Source: an uncultured Caulobacteraceae bacterium (lineage in GTDB: Bacteria; Pseudomonadota; Alphaproteobacteria; Caulobacterales; Caulobacteraceae). Taken from it: a stretch of 64,000 nucleotides of DNA. The notes beneath the pieces are model-generated. The model was not told where the DNA came from and searched no databases. It saw only the letters and a list, made by a program, of their open reading frames with translations. The stretch covers positions 96,831 to 160,830 of the forward strand of contig CAKZPF010000009.1 of assembly GCA_937138625.1 (NCBI GenBank), given 5' to 3'. Of this stretch, positions 28,068 through 40,947 are shown piece by piece; the first letter of the stretch is position 1; every line of letters begins with the position of its first letter. A program made the translations under genes and the position numbers.

Positions 28068-29876
28068 ATGAGCACACCGCGCGACCATATCCGTAATTTC
28101 TCGATCGTGGCCCATATCGATCACGGCAAGTCCACCTTGTCGGACCGACTGATCCAAGTCACGGGCACCGTCACCGAACGGGAGATGAAACAGCAGCTGC
28201 TGGACAATATGGACATCGAACGCGAGCGTGGCATCACCATCAAAGCCCAAACCGTGCGCCTGAAATACACCGCCAAGGATGGCGAGACCTATATTTTGAA
28301 CCTGATCGACACCCCTGGACACGTGGACTTTGCCTACGAAGTGTCCCGCTCGCTGGCCGCCTGTGAAGGCTCATTGCTAGTGGTGGACGCCGCCCAGGGT
28401 GTTGAAGCCCAGACGCTCGCAAACGTGTATCAAGCACTCGACCATGATCACGAGATTGTGCCGGTTCTGAACAAGATCGACCTGCCTGCCGCCGAACCCG
28501 ATCGCATCAAAGAGCAAATTGAAGAGGTCATTGGTCTGGATGCCAGTGACGCCGTGATGATTTCGGCCAAAACCGGCATCGGTATCGAAGAGGTGCTGGA
28601 GGCCATTGTCACCCGCCTGCCCCCACCGCCCGAGGGCGAGCGCGACAAGCCCCTGAAAGCCATGTTGGTGGATGCTTGGTATGATCCCTATCTGGGCGTG
28701 GTGGTGATGGTGCGCATTTTGGATGGCGAGCTGAAAAAAGGCATGCGCGTCAAAATGCTGCAAGCGGGCGCCGTTTATGGCGTTGATAAGGTCGGCGTCT
28801 TCGCGCCCAAACCCACAGATGTCGAGAGCTTGGGCCCGGGTGAGATTGGCTTTCTGACGGCTTCGATCAAAGAGGTGGCCGATGCCCTGGTGGGCGACAC
28901 CATCACCACCGAGAAAAAGGGCATTGAAACGCCCCTGCCTGGCTTCCGCCCGGCCCAGCCCGTTGTGTTTTGTGGGTTGTTCCCTGTGGATGCCGCGGAC
29001 TTTGAAGATTTGCGCTCGGCCATTGGCAAGTTGCGCCTGAACGACGCCAGTTTTTCCTATGAAATGGAAACCTCGGCGGCTTTGGGTTTTGGTTTTCGGT
29101 GTGGCTTTTTGGGGCTGTTGCACCTTGAGATCATTCAAGAGCGCCTGACCCGCGAGTTCAATCTTGAGCTGATCACCACGGCCCCGAGTGTGATTTACAA
29201 CATCACGCTGACGAACGGTGAGGTCTTGGAGTTGCACAACCCCGCCGATATGCCGGATCCCGTGCGCATCGACAACATTGCCGAGCCCTGGATCACCGCC
29301 ACCATCATGACGCCGGACGAGCATTTGGGATCGGTGATCAAGCTTTGCCAGGATCGTCGCGGCATCCAAAAAGACCTGACCTATGTGGGCACACGCGCCA
29401 TGGTGGTCTACGAGCTGCCACTGAACGAGGTGGTCTTTGATTTCTATGATCGCCTGAAGTCGATTTCACGGGGGTATGCCAGTTTTGACTATCAGATGGG
29501 TGAGTATCGCACCGAAGATCTGGTGAAAATGCAGATCCTGGTGAACTCGGAACCCGTGGACGCCTTGTCTATCTTGGTCCACCGGTCCCGCGCCGAAATG
29601 CGCGGGCGCGCCATGTGCGAAAAGCTGAAAGAGCTGATCCCCCAACACATGTTCCAAATCCCCGTGCAGGCGGCCATTGGCGGCAAAGTCATTGCGCGCG
29701 AAACCATCCGGGCCCTGCGCAAAGATGTGACGGCGAAATGCTATGGTGGGGATGCCACGCGCAAACGCAAACTGCTGGAAAAACAAAAAGAAGGCAAAAA
29801 GCGCATGCGCCAATTCGGCAAGGTGGATATCCCCCAAGAGGCCTTTATTGCAGCCTTGAAAATGGATGACGATTAA
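28068..29876 (+). CDS. lepA: Elongation factor 4
   Basis: 602 aa; [30 protein letters not shown]-terminal LepA domain. Confidence 0.95.
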   Translation: MSTPRDHIRNFSIVAHIDHGKSTLSDRLIQVTGTVTEREMKQQLLDNMDIERERGITIKAQTVRLKYTAKDGETYILNLIDTPGHVDFAYEVSRSLAACEGSLLVVDAAQGVEAQTLANVYQALDHDHEIVPVLNKIDLPAAEPDRIKEQIEEVIGLDASDAVMISAKTGIGIEEVLEAIVTRLPPPPEGERDKPLKAMLVDAWYDPYLGVVVMVRILDGELKKGMRVKMLQAGAVYGVDKVGVFAPKPTDVESLGPGEIGFLTASIKEVADALVGDTITTEKKGIETPLPGFRPAQPVVFCGLFPVDAADFEDLRSAIGKLRLNDASFSYEMETSAALGFGFRCGFLGLLHLEIIQERLTREFNLELITTAPSVIYNITLTNGEVLELHNPADMPDPVRIDNIAEPWITATIMTPDEHLGSVIKLCQDRRGIQKDLTYVGTRAMVVYELPLNEVVFDFYDRLKSISRGYASFDYQMGEYRTEDLVKMQILVNSEPVDALSILVHRSRAEMRGRAMCEKLKELIPQHMFQIPVQAAIGGKVIARETIRALRKDVTAKCYGGDATRKRKLLEKQKEGKKRMRQFGKVDIPQEAFIAALKMDDD

Positions 29877-29885
29877 GTCACGCTA

Positions 29886-29915
29886 TTGACATGGTTAATT
29901 TGCACTCCCTATAAG
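29886..29915 (+). promoter_or_regulatory. Sigma70-like promoter of 29947 gene
   Basis: taTTGACAt (29886-29891), 17/18-nt spacer, cTATAAg (29909-29915). GGAG SD at 29936. Confidence 0.5.
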
Positions 29916-29946
29916 GATGACAGGTTCTTAAATTTGGAGTGTATTT

Positions 29947-30900
29947 ATGAGTCATATCCCTGCCATACCCCCTGCTGCTGATACTCAGGTCAACACGGGC
30001 CCTTCCTTGCACCATATGGCGTTTTATAGCGTTTACGCCGAAGATATTGGCCCCGACGGAAAGGGCTTGGGCACCGTAGACGATAAGCTGGATGTATTGG
30101 CCGTGATCAAACAGCAAACGGGTGATCAAATCCAGGTTGAAGGCATTTTGGTCTCGGGCGCTGACTTTGATGGCGTCGAGGTCCCTGAAAGTGCCTTTCA
30201 TTCCATTGAAACCGAGGTGTCGCGCACACTGACCATTGAAGGCCCAGACGGTTCAGAAATGGTGATGGGGCATGAAATCACTTTTCCACATGTGCGATTT
30301 GATACAGACGCCAATGGCAAATTGGACACGCCGATCATGCACGCCAGTGGCGAGCGGGAAACGACCTCGGTCGTTATGGACGCCATGGAGAATTATAGCT
30401 TTCTCAAAGGATTTTCCGACGAGTTTTCTAGCAAATACAGCTATGACCCCATTCGGGAACGACCCTTTCTGATGCCCGAAGGCTACCAAGAGGGTATTGA
30501 GTCGTATTTGAAAACGTTTGTCATTCCAGGCACCGAGCTGGCCATGGTAGAGATGGAAAACTCGGAAGTCGCCGAGGATCAAACCTACGCTACGTATGCC
30601 CGGAATTATTACCACATTGATATGAACGATGATGGCCAGGAAGATGCGGTGATGCAGGCCGTCACCGCCAATTCTGCCGAGCCCACCAGGGTGCATTATC
30701 CTGTCGTGCTCAGCCCCGTTATTGATGAAGCCTATTTTGTGTTTCAAACGGATGGCAGCCCTGAAGGCTTTGAAAACACTTTGGAGCAACTGCTAGATTT
30801 CATTGCCCCTGATGATGGCACGGACCCTGATGCCGTCGAGCCCTTGGAACCTGCCCCGGGCCCTGACAGCCTGCCCAACTCATCAGACCCTGAAAGTTAA
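29947..30900 (+). CDS. Orphan acidic protein, divergent member of the paralog family (Cys pair lost)
   Basis: 317 aa. FYSVYAEDIGPDGKGLGTVDDKLDVL, HVRFDTDANGKLDTP, GFSDEFSSK (aligns to GLSDCCSSR) and HIDMNDDGQEDAVMQAV occur in the same order as in ORFs 31137 and 32074. Confidence 0.55.
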   Translation: MSHIPAIPPAADTQVNTGPSLHHMAFYSVYAEDIGPDGKGLGTVDDKLDVLAVIKQQTGDQIQVEGILVSGADFDGVEVPESAFHSIETEVSRTLTIEGPDGSEMVMGHEITFPHVRFDTDANGKLDTPIMHASGERETTSVVMDAMENYSFLKGFSDEFSSKYSYDPIRERPFLMPEGYQEGIESYLKTFVIPGTELAMVEMENSEVAEDQTYATYARNYYHIDMNDDGQEDAVMQAVTANSAEPTRVHYPVVLSPVIDEAYFVFQTDGSPEGFENTLEQLLDFIAPDDGTDPDAVEPLEPAPGPDSLPNSSDPES

Positions 30901-30941
30901 GTGTGTATCGGGCTCCCCCTACACGTACATATATCTGCTGA

Positions 30942-30985
30942 GCGCCCTCTAAAATTAACGCACAAAGCTTATCTTTAGAGGGCGT
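30942..30985 (+). terminator. Long-loop stem-loop after 29947 gene
   Basis: CGCCCTCTAAA ... TTTAGAGGGCG 11-bp stem, 20-nt loop, followed by TATT; weak T-tract. Confidence 0.35.
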
Positions 30986-31088
30986 ATTGGATCCGGCTTG
31001 GTGAACCGCCCACCCCCAGAACGGAGGAACAGCCAGACGGCTGATCCGCAATTTGCAAGCGGCGATTCATAACAATTCCGATCACGTA

Positions 31089-31117
31089 TTGACATAATTA
31101 CGCCACAAATATAGTAT
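31089..31117 (+). promoter_or_regulatory. Sigma70-like promoter of 31137 gene
   Basis: taTTGACAt (31089-31094), 17-nt spacer, TAGTAT (31112-31117). Same TATTGACAT -35 context as the 29886 promoter. Confidence 0.5.
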
Positions 31118-31136
31118 GGGGTTAACATAACCTACA

Positions 31137-32042
31137 ATGCGTTATCAGAAAGCCGCCATATTCATGACCTTATCTCCCGCCCCTACCACCACATTACCAG
31201 ATCCCCAACGGACTCTATCCCAGACCTTTACGGTCTTTGCTGCTGATGCCAATGGCCATATTGACGATGTGCCGGATCGGTTGACCATCATCACCCCCTC
31301 GGAAGGTGAGACCAAGCCCAGCATCAGTTTAGCCTATGGCGAAGAAACCATGGATGAAAACGGTGTCAGCGTCCGTTATGGCCAAGACACCCCCATTGCC
31401 AAAGACCGCATTCACGCGGAACACAACCCGCTGTCTGGCACAACCCTGTATTTGCTAGAAGATATGCCTCTGGATCTAGATCGCAGTGGCACAATTGACC
31501 CTGCGCATTTCCAGGCCAAAACTGCAAATTTCACTGGCAATGTGATGATCGGCACGGTACCGGACAGCGAACATGGTGCGGTCAATATGCTGATGTCATA
31601 CTCCGATGGCTTGTCAGACTGTTGCTCAAGCCGGCGGAATGCCGAACTGCAAGAGCTCTTGGACAAAATGGCGTCCGAGGATATTGCCATGCCTCGCGCC
31701 TTTGAAATGGCTCATCAACTGCAGGGACAAGACGCCTTCACCGATGCCAGTGGTGCCATGAGCTATATGATTGATCGTGGTGTGATGTCCGAAGACCAAT
31801 CGGCAAGCCTGCAGATCGTTCCCGGTCAACAATTGGATATGCAGGGGCGTGTGGCCTCGGAAATTCACTCGATCATGGGTATGGACTGGAATGGAGATGG
31901 CGTCCCAGACGAAATCCAAGACGTCAACATCATGCGTACAGATCAAGGCCTGACCAGCAAAACCAATACTCCGTTTATCGAAAAGAACGAATGGTACGTC
32001 ACGCTGAACCCGACCCAAGTGCGGCCGACCTCTCGTTTATAA
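31137..32042 (+). CDS. Orphan acidic protein, paralog family member
   Basis: 301 aa (alt. start ATG 31164 giving MTLSPAPTTTLPDPQ). Motifs FTVFAADANGHIDDVPDRLTI, LDLDRSGTIDP, DGLSDCCSS, DWNGDGVPDE, EWYVTLNPTQV. Confidence 0.6.
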   Translation: MRYQKAAIFMTLSPAPTTTLPDPQRTLSQTFTVFAADANGHIDDVPDRLTIITPSEGETKPSISLAYGEETMDENGVSVRYGQDTPIAKDRIHAEHNPLSGTTLYLLEDMPLDLDRSGTIDPAHFQAKTANFTGNVMIGTVPDSEHGAVNMLMSYSDGLSDCCSSRRNAELQELLDKMASEDIAMPRAFEMAHQLQGQDAFTDASGAMSYMIDRGVMSEDQSASLQIVPGQQLDMQGRVASEIHSIMGMDWNGDGVPDEIQDVNIMRTDQGLTSKTNTPFIEKNEWYVTLNPTQVRPTSRL

Positions 32043-32073
32043 TGTCCCCCTCACAAGATTTGGATACCGCCTT

Positions 32074-32799
32074 ATGAAAACGCCAGACATCACCACGCCG
32101 TCGCCCCCCTCCGGAGGATCGGAAAAATTTGAATTTATGGTCTATGCCGCCGATGCCCAAGGCCAGATTGATGACATTCCGGATCGGGTGACCGTCTATG
32201 CCGCCGAGGATTTCAACCCTCGCAACAAACCCAGCGTACAACTGGAGCATGGCCGTGGTGATGGCACCTATGACAAACCGGTCAGCTACAAGGCAGATCA
32301 AATCCATTACATACCCCAGTTGAAGGGATTTGTTGTCCAAGACCTGCACTTGGATCTGGATCGCAGCGGCACGCCAGATCCAGATCTGGCCGATGCCTAT
32401 GGCATTCCCCCATTTCTGTCCGGGTCCGTGGCTTTGGTCACCGGCAATCACAACAACAAACCTGTCTATTTCCTGGCCGGTTTGGCCGATGGTCTGACCG
32501 ATTGCTGCTCAAGCGAAAACCCAGCGGACCTTCGCAAAGATGCTCAAAAGAGCCGCGCCTATGTGGCCGACAACTACAAAGGCAACTTACAGAATGTCAC
32601 ACAAGTGCAGGGCACGCTGCTGACCGAGCCCACCTTCAACAACATTTTCCATAATTTTGCCGATGTGAACGGCGATGGGCGACGTGACATGCTGCAAAAC
32701 ACCATTGTTGACCCTCAGGCCCCACCCCAAACGGCCAAGGATAATTTCTGGACGATTGTGGTCAGTCCCACAGACAAAGGCCCGATTTCTCAGCTCTGA
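32074..32799 (+). CDS. Orphan acidic protein, paralog family member
   Basis: 241 aa. FMVYAADAQGQIDDIPDRVTV, LDLDRSGTPDP, DGLTDCCSS, DVNGDGRRDM, FWTIVVSPTD. DNA-level identity with 31137 at TGGATCTrGATCGCAGyGGCAC and TGyTGCTCAAGC. Confidence 0.6.
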   Translation: MKTPDITTPSPPSGGSEKFEFMVYAADAQGQIDDIPDRVTVYAAEDFNPRNKPSVQLEHGRGDGTYDKPVSYKADQIHYIPQLKGFVVQDLHLDLDRSGTPDPDLADAYGIPPFLSGSVALVTGNHNNKPVYFLAGLADGLTDCCSSENPADLRKDAQKSRAYVADNYKGNLQNVTQVQGTLLTEPTFNNIFHNFADVNGDGRRDMLQNTIVDPQAPPQTAKDNFWTIVVSPTDKGPISQL

Positions 32800-32802
32800 C
32801 AA

Positions 32803-33744
32803 CTACCCCAGCGGATGGGCGGCCGCATAGGCGCGCATCAGTTGGGCGGTTTCCACATCCGTATAGCGCTGAGTGGTGCTGAGCGAGCTGTGCCCCAACA
32901 GGGCTTGTAAGCTGCGCAGATCCGCACCACCCGCCAAAATATGGGTGGCAAAGCTGTGCCGCAAAGCGTGCGGCGTGGCGTGATCTGGCAAACCCAATTG
33001 GCCCCGAAGCGCCTGTAGGCGCAATTGCACCTGACGCGGCCCCAATGGCCCACCCCGGGCGGCCCGAAACAGGGGACCATCAGCTGTGATCTCATACGGC
33101 ACCTGATCGAGATACGCCCCCACGGCCTCACGCACGATCGGCAGCACCGGCACCACGCGGGTTTTTCGGCCCTTTCCCGTCACGCGCATAACCTCAGGCA
33201 AGGGCCAATCGCCGCCCGTCAGGGCTAGAACCTCGGCAATTCTCAGCCCCATGGCATACAAAACCGTGATCACGGCGGCGTCCCGCGCCGCTTGCCAATC
33301 GGCCTCGTCGGGCTGCATCACCGCTTGGGCGTCTTCAGGCGACAAGGGTTTGGGCAAAGGCCGTTTGGTTTTTGGCCCCCGGATCAGGCTGAGGCAGGCA
33401 AAGCGCACCTCGTATCGGCTTTCCAAAAAGCGCAAAAACGACCGTATGGCTGACAGCGCCAAAGACACCGAGCGATTGCTCAGGGTCTGTCGCCCCTCTT
33501 GCCGGCGCCAGGCCAGGAAGGCGCGCACATCCGCCGCCGACAACTGGGACAGGCGTCCAAGGTCCGGGATCTCGCCCCAATGATCGGTCAGAAAGCGCGC
33601 CAGTTTGCGACTTTCCAGCTGATACATCTCGACGGTGCGTTGGGCCAAGCGACGCTCGGCCAACAGGCTTTGGCCCCAGGCCATCTGCAGGGCGGCAAAG
33701 CTGTGATCCGGCGTCGCGATACAAGACATGCCCCAGTATCCCAC
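32803..33744 (-). CDS. xerC: Tyrosine recombinase XerC/XerD family
   Basis: 313 aa; ARDAAVITVLYAMGLRIAEV, HALRHSFATHIL, LGHSSLSTTQRYT (R..HxxR..Y catalytic set). Start uncertain. Confidence 0.75.
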   Translation of the reverse strand: MGYWGMSCIATPDHSFAALQMAWGQSLLAERRLAQRTVEMYQLESRKLARFLTDHWGEIPDLGRLSQLSAADVRAFLAWRRQEGRQTLSNRSVSLALSAIRSFLRFLESRYEVRFACLSLIRGPKTKRPLPKPLSPEDAQAVMQPDEADWQAARDAAVITVLYAMGLRIAEVLALTGGDWPLPEVMRVTGKGRKTRVVPVLPIVREAVGAYLDQVPYEITADGPLFRAARGGPLGPRQVQLRLQALRGQLGLPDHATPHALRHSFATHILAGGADLRSLQALLGHSSLSTTQRYTDVETAQLMRAYAAAHPLG

Positions 33745-33797
33745 CAGAGGTTTAAGAGCCTCTTGACGGCGTCGCGCCCCCAGGCCACCAATCGTCT

Positions 33798-35780
33798 ATG
33801 ACCACCCCCGCCCCCATTGCCACCGTCTTGCTGGCGCGCCCTGTGCCCCAGGCCTATGATTATCTGGCAGGTGACGCAGACCTTGCGGTGGGCCAGGTGG
33901 TGCGCGCCCCCTTTGGCAACAGTCAGGCCCTGGGGGTGGTCACCGGTTTTCGTGACAGGCCAGAAAACCCAGATGTGCGCCTAAAAGCCATCACCGAAGC
34001 CCTTACGACCCCGGCGGTACCGAACAGAACCCTCGACTTTGTGCGCTGGTTGGCCTGGTACAACCAACACCCCGAAGGGGCCGTTCTGAAAATGGCGCTG
34101 CGCGGGGCCGAGCCCGCCAAACGCCCGCGCAAGACCCCCATCCCAGAGCCCAATCCAGACCACCCTGGCCGCACGTTGAACCCCTCTCAACACAGCGCCG
34201 CCGCAAGCTTGGGCCAGGCCCTGGATGATCACATGTTTTCCACCTGGCTGCTCGATGGCGTGACCGGATCGGGGAAAACCGAGACCTATTTTGCCGCCAT
34301 TGCCCACCTGCTGCGCCGGGACCCCACGGCCCAGGTTTTGGTGCTGACGCCCGAGATCGCTTTGTCTGGCGATGTAGGCGCGCGCTTTGCCGATCGCTTT
34401 GCCGCCGAGCCCCCCCTCTGGCACGCGGATATCGCCGAAGGCCGCCGCAAACAGATCTGGCAAGCCGTGGCCCGCAACCAGGCGCGATGCGTGATCGGCG
34501 CACGTTCGGCCTTGTTTTTGCCTTTCCAGAACCTGCGCCTGATCATCGTCGACGAGGAACATGACAGTTCCTACAAACAAGAAGAAGGGCTGACCTATCA
34601 CGCCCGAGACATGGCGGTGGCCCGCGCCCATATTGAACAGGCGGTGTGCGTCTTGGCCTCGGCCACGCCATCCCTTGAAAGTCAATGGAACGCCGCCGCG
34701 AGCAAATACGGGCATTTGCGCCTGGGGGAACGGGCCGGAGGAGCCCAAAAGCCAGACTTACAGTTGGTCGATATGCGCGCCACCCCGCCCGACAATGGCA
34801 CGTTTCTGGCCCCGCCCCTGCGCCAAGCCATTGCCGAGACTCTGGCCAAAGGTGAGCAAAGCCTGCTGTTTCTGAACCGGCGTGGCTATGCGCCTCTGAC
34901 CCTGTGTCGCACATGTGGTCACCGCCTGACGGCGCCTGGCGGTGAAAATTACCTCGTCGAGCATAAACACACCGGCCGCCTGGTCTGTCACCTGACCGGG
35001 TTCTCCATGCGCAAGCCCAAGGCTTGTCCCGAGTGCGGCGAGGAGACTTTGGTCTCCGTCGGGCCTGGTGTCGAGCGCATCGCCGAGGAAGCCCAAGAGA
35101 CCTTTCCCGATGCCCGGGTCGAAATCCTGTCCTCTGACCTCAGCGACACGCCTAAGGTGGTGGCCGCGCGACTAAAGGCTATGGAGGCTGGTGAGATTGA
35201 TATTCTGGTCGCCACCCAAATGGCCGCCAAGGGCCACAACTTCCCGAACCTAACCCTTGTGGGTGTGGTGGATGCAGATCTCGGGCTTCGGGGTGCGGAC
35301 CTGCGGGCCGCCGAGCGCACCTTCCAGGTGGTCAACCAGGTGGCGGGGCGCGCCGGACGAGCGGAAAAACCTGGGCGCGCTCTGATCCAAACCTATGACC
35401 CTGATAACACCACCATGCAGACCGTCATTCGCCAAGACCGAGAGGCCTTTGTGCGTGCCGAGCTTAACGAGCGCCAAGCCCTGGGCCTGCCCCCCTTTGG
35501 GCGTTTGGTGGCGGTAGTGGTGTCGGGCAAAACGCTGGGCCAAGTGGAAGCGGCCGCCGAGACCTTGGCCCGCACGGCACCCCAGGCCGCAGGTTTTGAC
35601 CTTTATGGCCCCGCCGAGCCCGTCCATGGCCGCATCCGCGGGGTTTGGCGGCGGCGGCTGTTGCTGAGGGCCGATCTTGGCAAAGATGTGCAAGGGTATC
35701 TGAAAGCTTGGCGCCAAAGTTATCGCCTGCCGCGTTCGGTAACGGTGCAGTTTGATGTGGACCCCCAAAGCTTTTTCTAG
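33798..35780 (+). CDS. priA: Primosomal protein N' (replication restart helicase)
   Basis: 660 aa; Walker A GVTGSGKTE, DEEHD, Cys-rich zinc region CRTCGH...CHLTG...CPECG, ATQMAAKGHNFP. Confidence 0.9.
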   Translation: MTTPAPIATVLLARPVPQAYDYLAGDADLAVGQVVRAPFGNSQALGVVTGFRDRPENPDVRLKAITEALTTPAVPNRTLDFVRWLAWYNQHPEGAVLKMALRGAEPAKRPRKTPIPEPNPDHPGRTLNPSQHSAAASLGQALDDHMFSTWLLDGVTGSGKTETYFAAIAHLLRRDPTAQVLVLTPEIALSGDVGARFADRFAAEPPLWHADIAEGRRKQIWQAVARNQARCVIGARSALFLPFQNLRLIIVDEEHDSSYKQEEGLTYHARDMAVARAHIEQAVCVLASATPSLESQWNAAASKYGHLRLGERAGGAQKPDLQLVDMRATPPDNGTFLAPPLRQAIAETLAKGEQSLLFLNRRGYAPLTLCRTCGHRLTAPGGENYLVEHKHTGRLVCHLTGFSMRKPKACPECGEETLVSVGPGVERIAEEAQETFPDARVEILSSDLSDTPKVVAARLKAMEAGEIDILVATQMAAKGHNFPNLTLVGVVDADLGLRGADLRAAERTFQVVNQVAGRAGRAEKPGRALIQTYDPDNTTMQTVIRQDREAFVRAELNERQALGLPPFGRLVAVVVSGKTLGQVEAAAETLARTAPQAAGFDLYGPAEPVHGRIRGVWRRRLLLRADLGKDVQGYLKAWRQSYRLPRSVTVQFDVDPQSFF

Positions 35781-35931
35781 GCCCCCGCGCCGCCCCACAG
35801 CCCCGAGCCACCAGAGCGCCAACAGAAAATGTCCTGACAAACCGTAAAAAAATGTGCGCGGGTTGTTGCGTCCGTTGATCTGGGGTGCTATGCGCACTCA
35901 ACCTTGAATTTTTCTAGACGTGTGCAGGCAA

Positions 35932-38026
<2,095 letters not shown>

Positions 38027-38062
38027 GGATAGACACGGACCACGGATCGAGGATTTTGCAGT

Positions 38063-38206
38063 ATGGCAAGCCTGAAGGAAATGCGGTCAAAGCAATGCCA
38101 GGAAAAGTGCGGTCAAATTTCAATTTGGTATTCTGCAGTTTTCCGTCCGGCTTTGCGTACACATATGAACCGTGAGCGCATCTCTGCGCTGATGGGGGGC
38201 GTATAA
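38063..38206 (+). CDS. 47-codon uORF created by a degenerate duplicate of the atpG 5' end
   Basis: Own translation: [47 protein letters not shown]. The first 9 aa are identical to AtpG. Stop TAA 38204-38206 overlaps atpG ATG 38206-38208 (TAATG). Coding status unknown. Confidence 0.25.
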   Translation: MASLKEMRSKQCQEKCGQISIWYSAVFRPALRTHMNRERISALMGGV

Positions 38207-39084
38207 TGGCCAGTCTGAAGGAAATGCGGTCACGGATCGGAAGCGTGAAGGCCACGCAGAAGATCACCAAGGCCATGCAGATGGTGGCAGCGGCCAAGCT
38301 GAAGCGGGCGCAAAACGCCGCAGAAAGCGCGCGTCCCTATGCTGAGCGCATGGCCAATGTCATCGCCAATCTGGCCCAGGGGGTTGCCGGGTCTGACAGC
38401 GCCCCGGCGTTGTTGGTAGGCCGTCAGCAAGTGAACGCCCATCTGGTGGTGGTGGCCACGGCGGATCGCGGTCTTTGCGGTGGTTTTAACACCTCAATCG
38501 TTCGCAAAGCCCGCGAACAAATCAAATCCATCGAGGAACAGGGCAAAACCGTGCGCATCCTGTGCGTCGGGAAAAAAGGCTATGATCAATTGCGTCGCCA
38601 ACATGGCAGCAAAATTGTCGACACCTTTGATTTGTCCGCGGCCAAACGCCTGAGCTTGCAAGACGCGCAACCCATCGCGGATCGTATACTGGACCTTTTC
38701 GACAAAGGGGATGTGGACGCCGTAAGCCTGATCCACGCCCAGTTCAAATCCGTGATCTCGCAGGTGCCCACCGCCAAATCCTTGATCCCCGCCGACCTGA
38801 CGGGTGCTGGAGACCTGGATATGGCTGGGGCCGCTTATGAGTATGAGCCGGAAGAAGGCGAAATTCTCGAGACCCTTCTGCCCCGCAATCTGTCGACCCA
38901 GATTTTGTCGGCGCTGTTGGAAAATGCCGCAGGCGAGCAAGGCGCACGCATGCAAGCCATGGACAGCGCCACCCGTAACGCCGGTGATATGATCAATGAC
39001 CTGACTTTGCAGTATAACCGCACGCGTCAGGCCCAAATCACCAAGGAACTGATCGAAATTATCTCGGGCGCCGAGGCGCTGTAG
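38206..39084 (+). CDS. atpG: F1 ATP synthase subunit gamma
   Basis: 292 aa; [33 protein letters not shown]-terminal [18 protein letters not shown]. Confidence 0.95.
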   Translation: MASLKEMRSRIGSVKATQKITKAMQMVAAAKLKRAQNAAESARPYAERMANVIANLAQGVAGSDSAPALLVGRQQVNAHLVVVATADRGLCGGFNTSIVRKAREQIKSIEEQGKTVRILCVGKKGYDQLRRQHGSKIVDTFDLSAAKRLSLQDAQPIADRILDLFDKGDVDAVSLIHAQFKSVISQVPTAKSLIPADLTGAGDLDMAGAAYEYEPEEGEILETLLPRNLSTQILSALLENAAGEQGARMQAMDSATRNAGDMINDLTLQYNRTRQAQITKELIEIISGAEAL

Positions 39085-40548
<1,464 letters not shown>

Positions 40549-40561
40549 TCACTCCACGAGA

Positions 40562-40586
40562 CCGCGCCTGTTTTATGCAGGCGCGG
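40562..40586 (+). other. Intercistronic stem-loop between atpD and atpC
   Basis: CCGCGCCTG-ttttatg-CAGGCGCGG, 9-bp perfect stem, 14 nt after the atpD stop and 15 nt before the atpC start. Confidence 0.5.
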
Positions 40587-40600
40587 ATAAGGACCCACCC

Positions 40601-40870
40601 ATGACCGAGACGATCACCTTTCATTTGGTAGCGCCAGAAAGCGAAGTCTTTGCGGGCGAAGTCGAGAGCGTCACCGCACCCGGCAGTGAAGGCGATTTTG
40701 GTGTATTCAAAGGCCACGCCCCCTTTATGACCACCCTGCGTGAGGGCACCGTCAGCGTAATGCACGGCGGTAAACGTCAGGACTTTGCCATTCATGGTGG
40801 CTTTGCTGACGTCACCCCGACACAGGTGACCGTATTGGCCGAGGCCGTCGAGCGCGAGCCCGCAGCCTAG
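40601..40870 (+). CDS. atpC: F1 ATP synthase subunit epsilon, beta-sandwich domain only (89 aa)
   Basis: MTETITFHLVAPESEVFAGEVESVTAPGSEGDFGVFKGHAPFMTTL... matches the epsilon N-terminal domain. The ORF stops at 40870 and is followed directly by a terminator. Confidence 0.85.
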   Translation: MTETITFHLVAPESEVFAGEVESVTAPGSEGDFGVFKGHAPFMTTLREGTVSVMHGGKRQDFAIHGGFADVTPTQVTVLAEAVEREPAA

Positions 40871-40895
40871 CGGATTGATACTTTCGCAAATATTT

Positions 40896-40919
40896 GGCCG
40901 CGCCCTGCGCGGCCTTTTT
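40896..40919 (+). terminator. Rho-independent terminator of atp operon
   Basis: GGCCGCGC-cct-GCGCGGCC followed by TTTTT. Confidence 0.85.
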
Positions 40920-40947
40920 CATATTTAGTATAATGATGAAAGCCATC

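Noticed and set aside
28377-29369. 330-aa minus-strand ORF
   Set aside because: It is antisense to lepA. The same reasoning applies to 6738..7892 and 7920..8855 (RNR), 13440..14276 (glmM), 38494..39267 and 39814..40467 (atpG/atpD), 56796..57722 (ffh) and 63309..63902 (GNAT).
29947-32799. RTX/T1SS-type calcium-binding toxins
   Set aside because: The acidic loops are single DxNGDG motifs. They are not tandem GGxGxDxUx nonapeptides, and no T1SS ABC/MFP genes are adjacent.
32803-33744. Tyrosine recombinase as the integrase of an island carrying the paralog cluster
   Set aside because: The sequence and length fit chromosomal XerC/XerD (dimer resolution), and it is divergently paired with priA. 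No att-like direct repeats, tRNA target or other mobile-element genes flank 29.9-32.8 kb.
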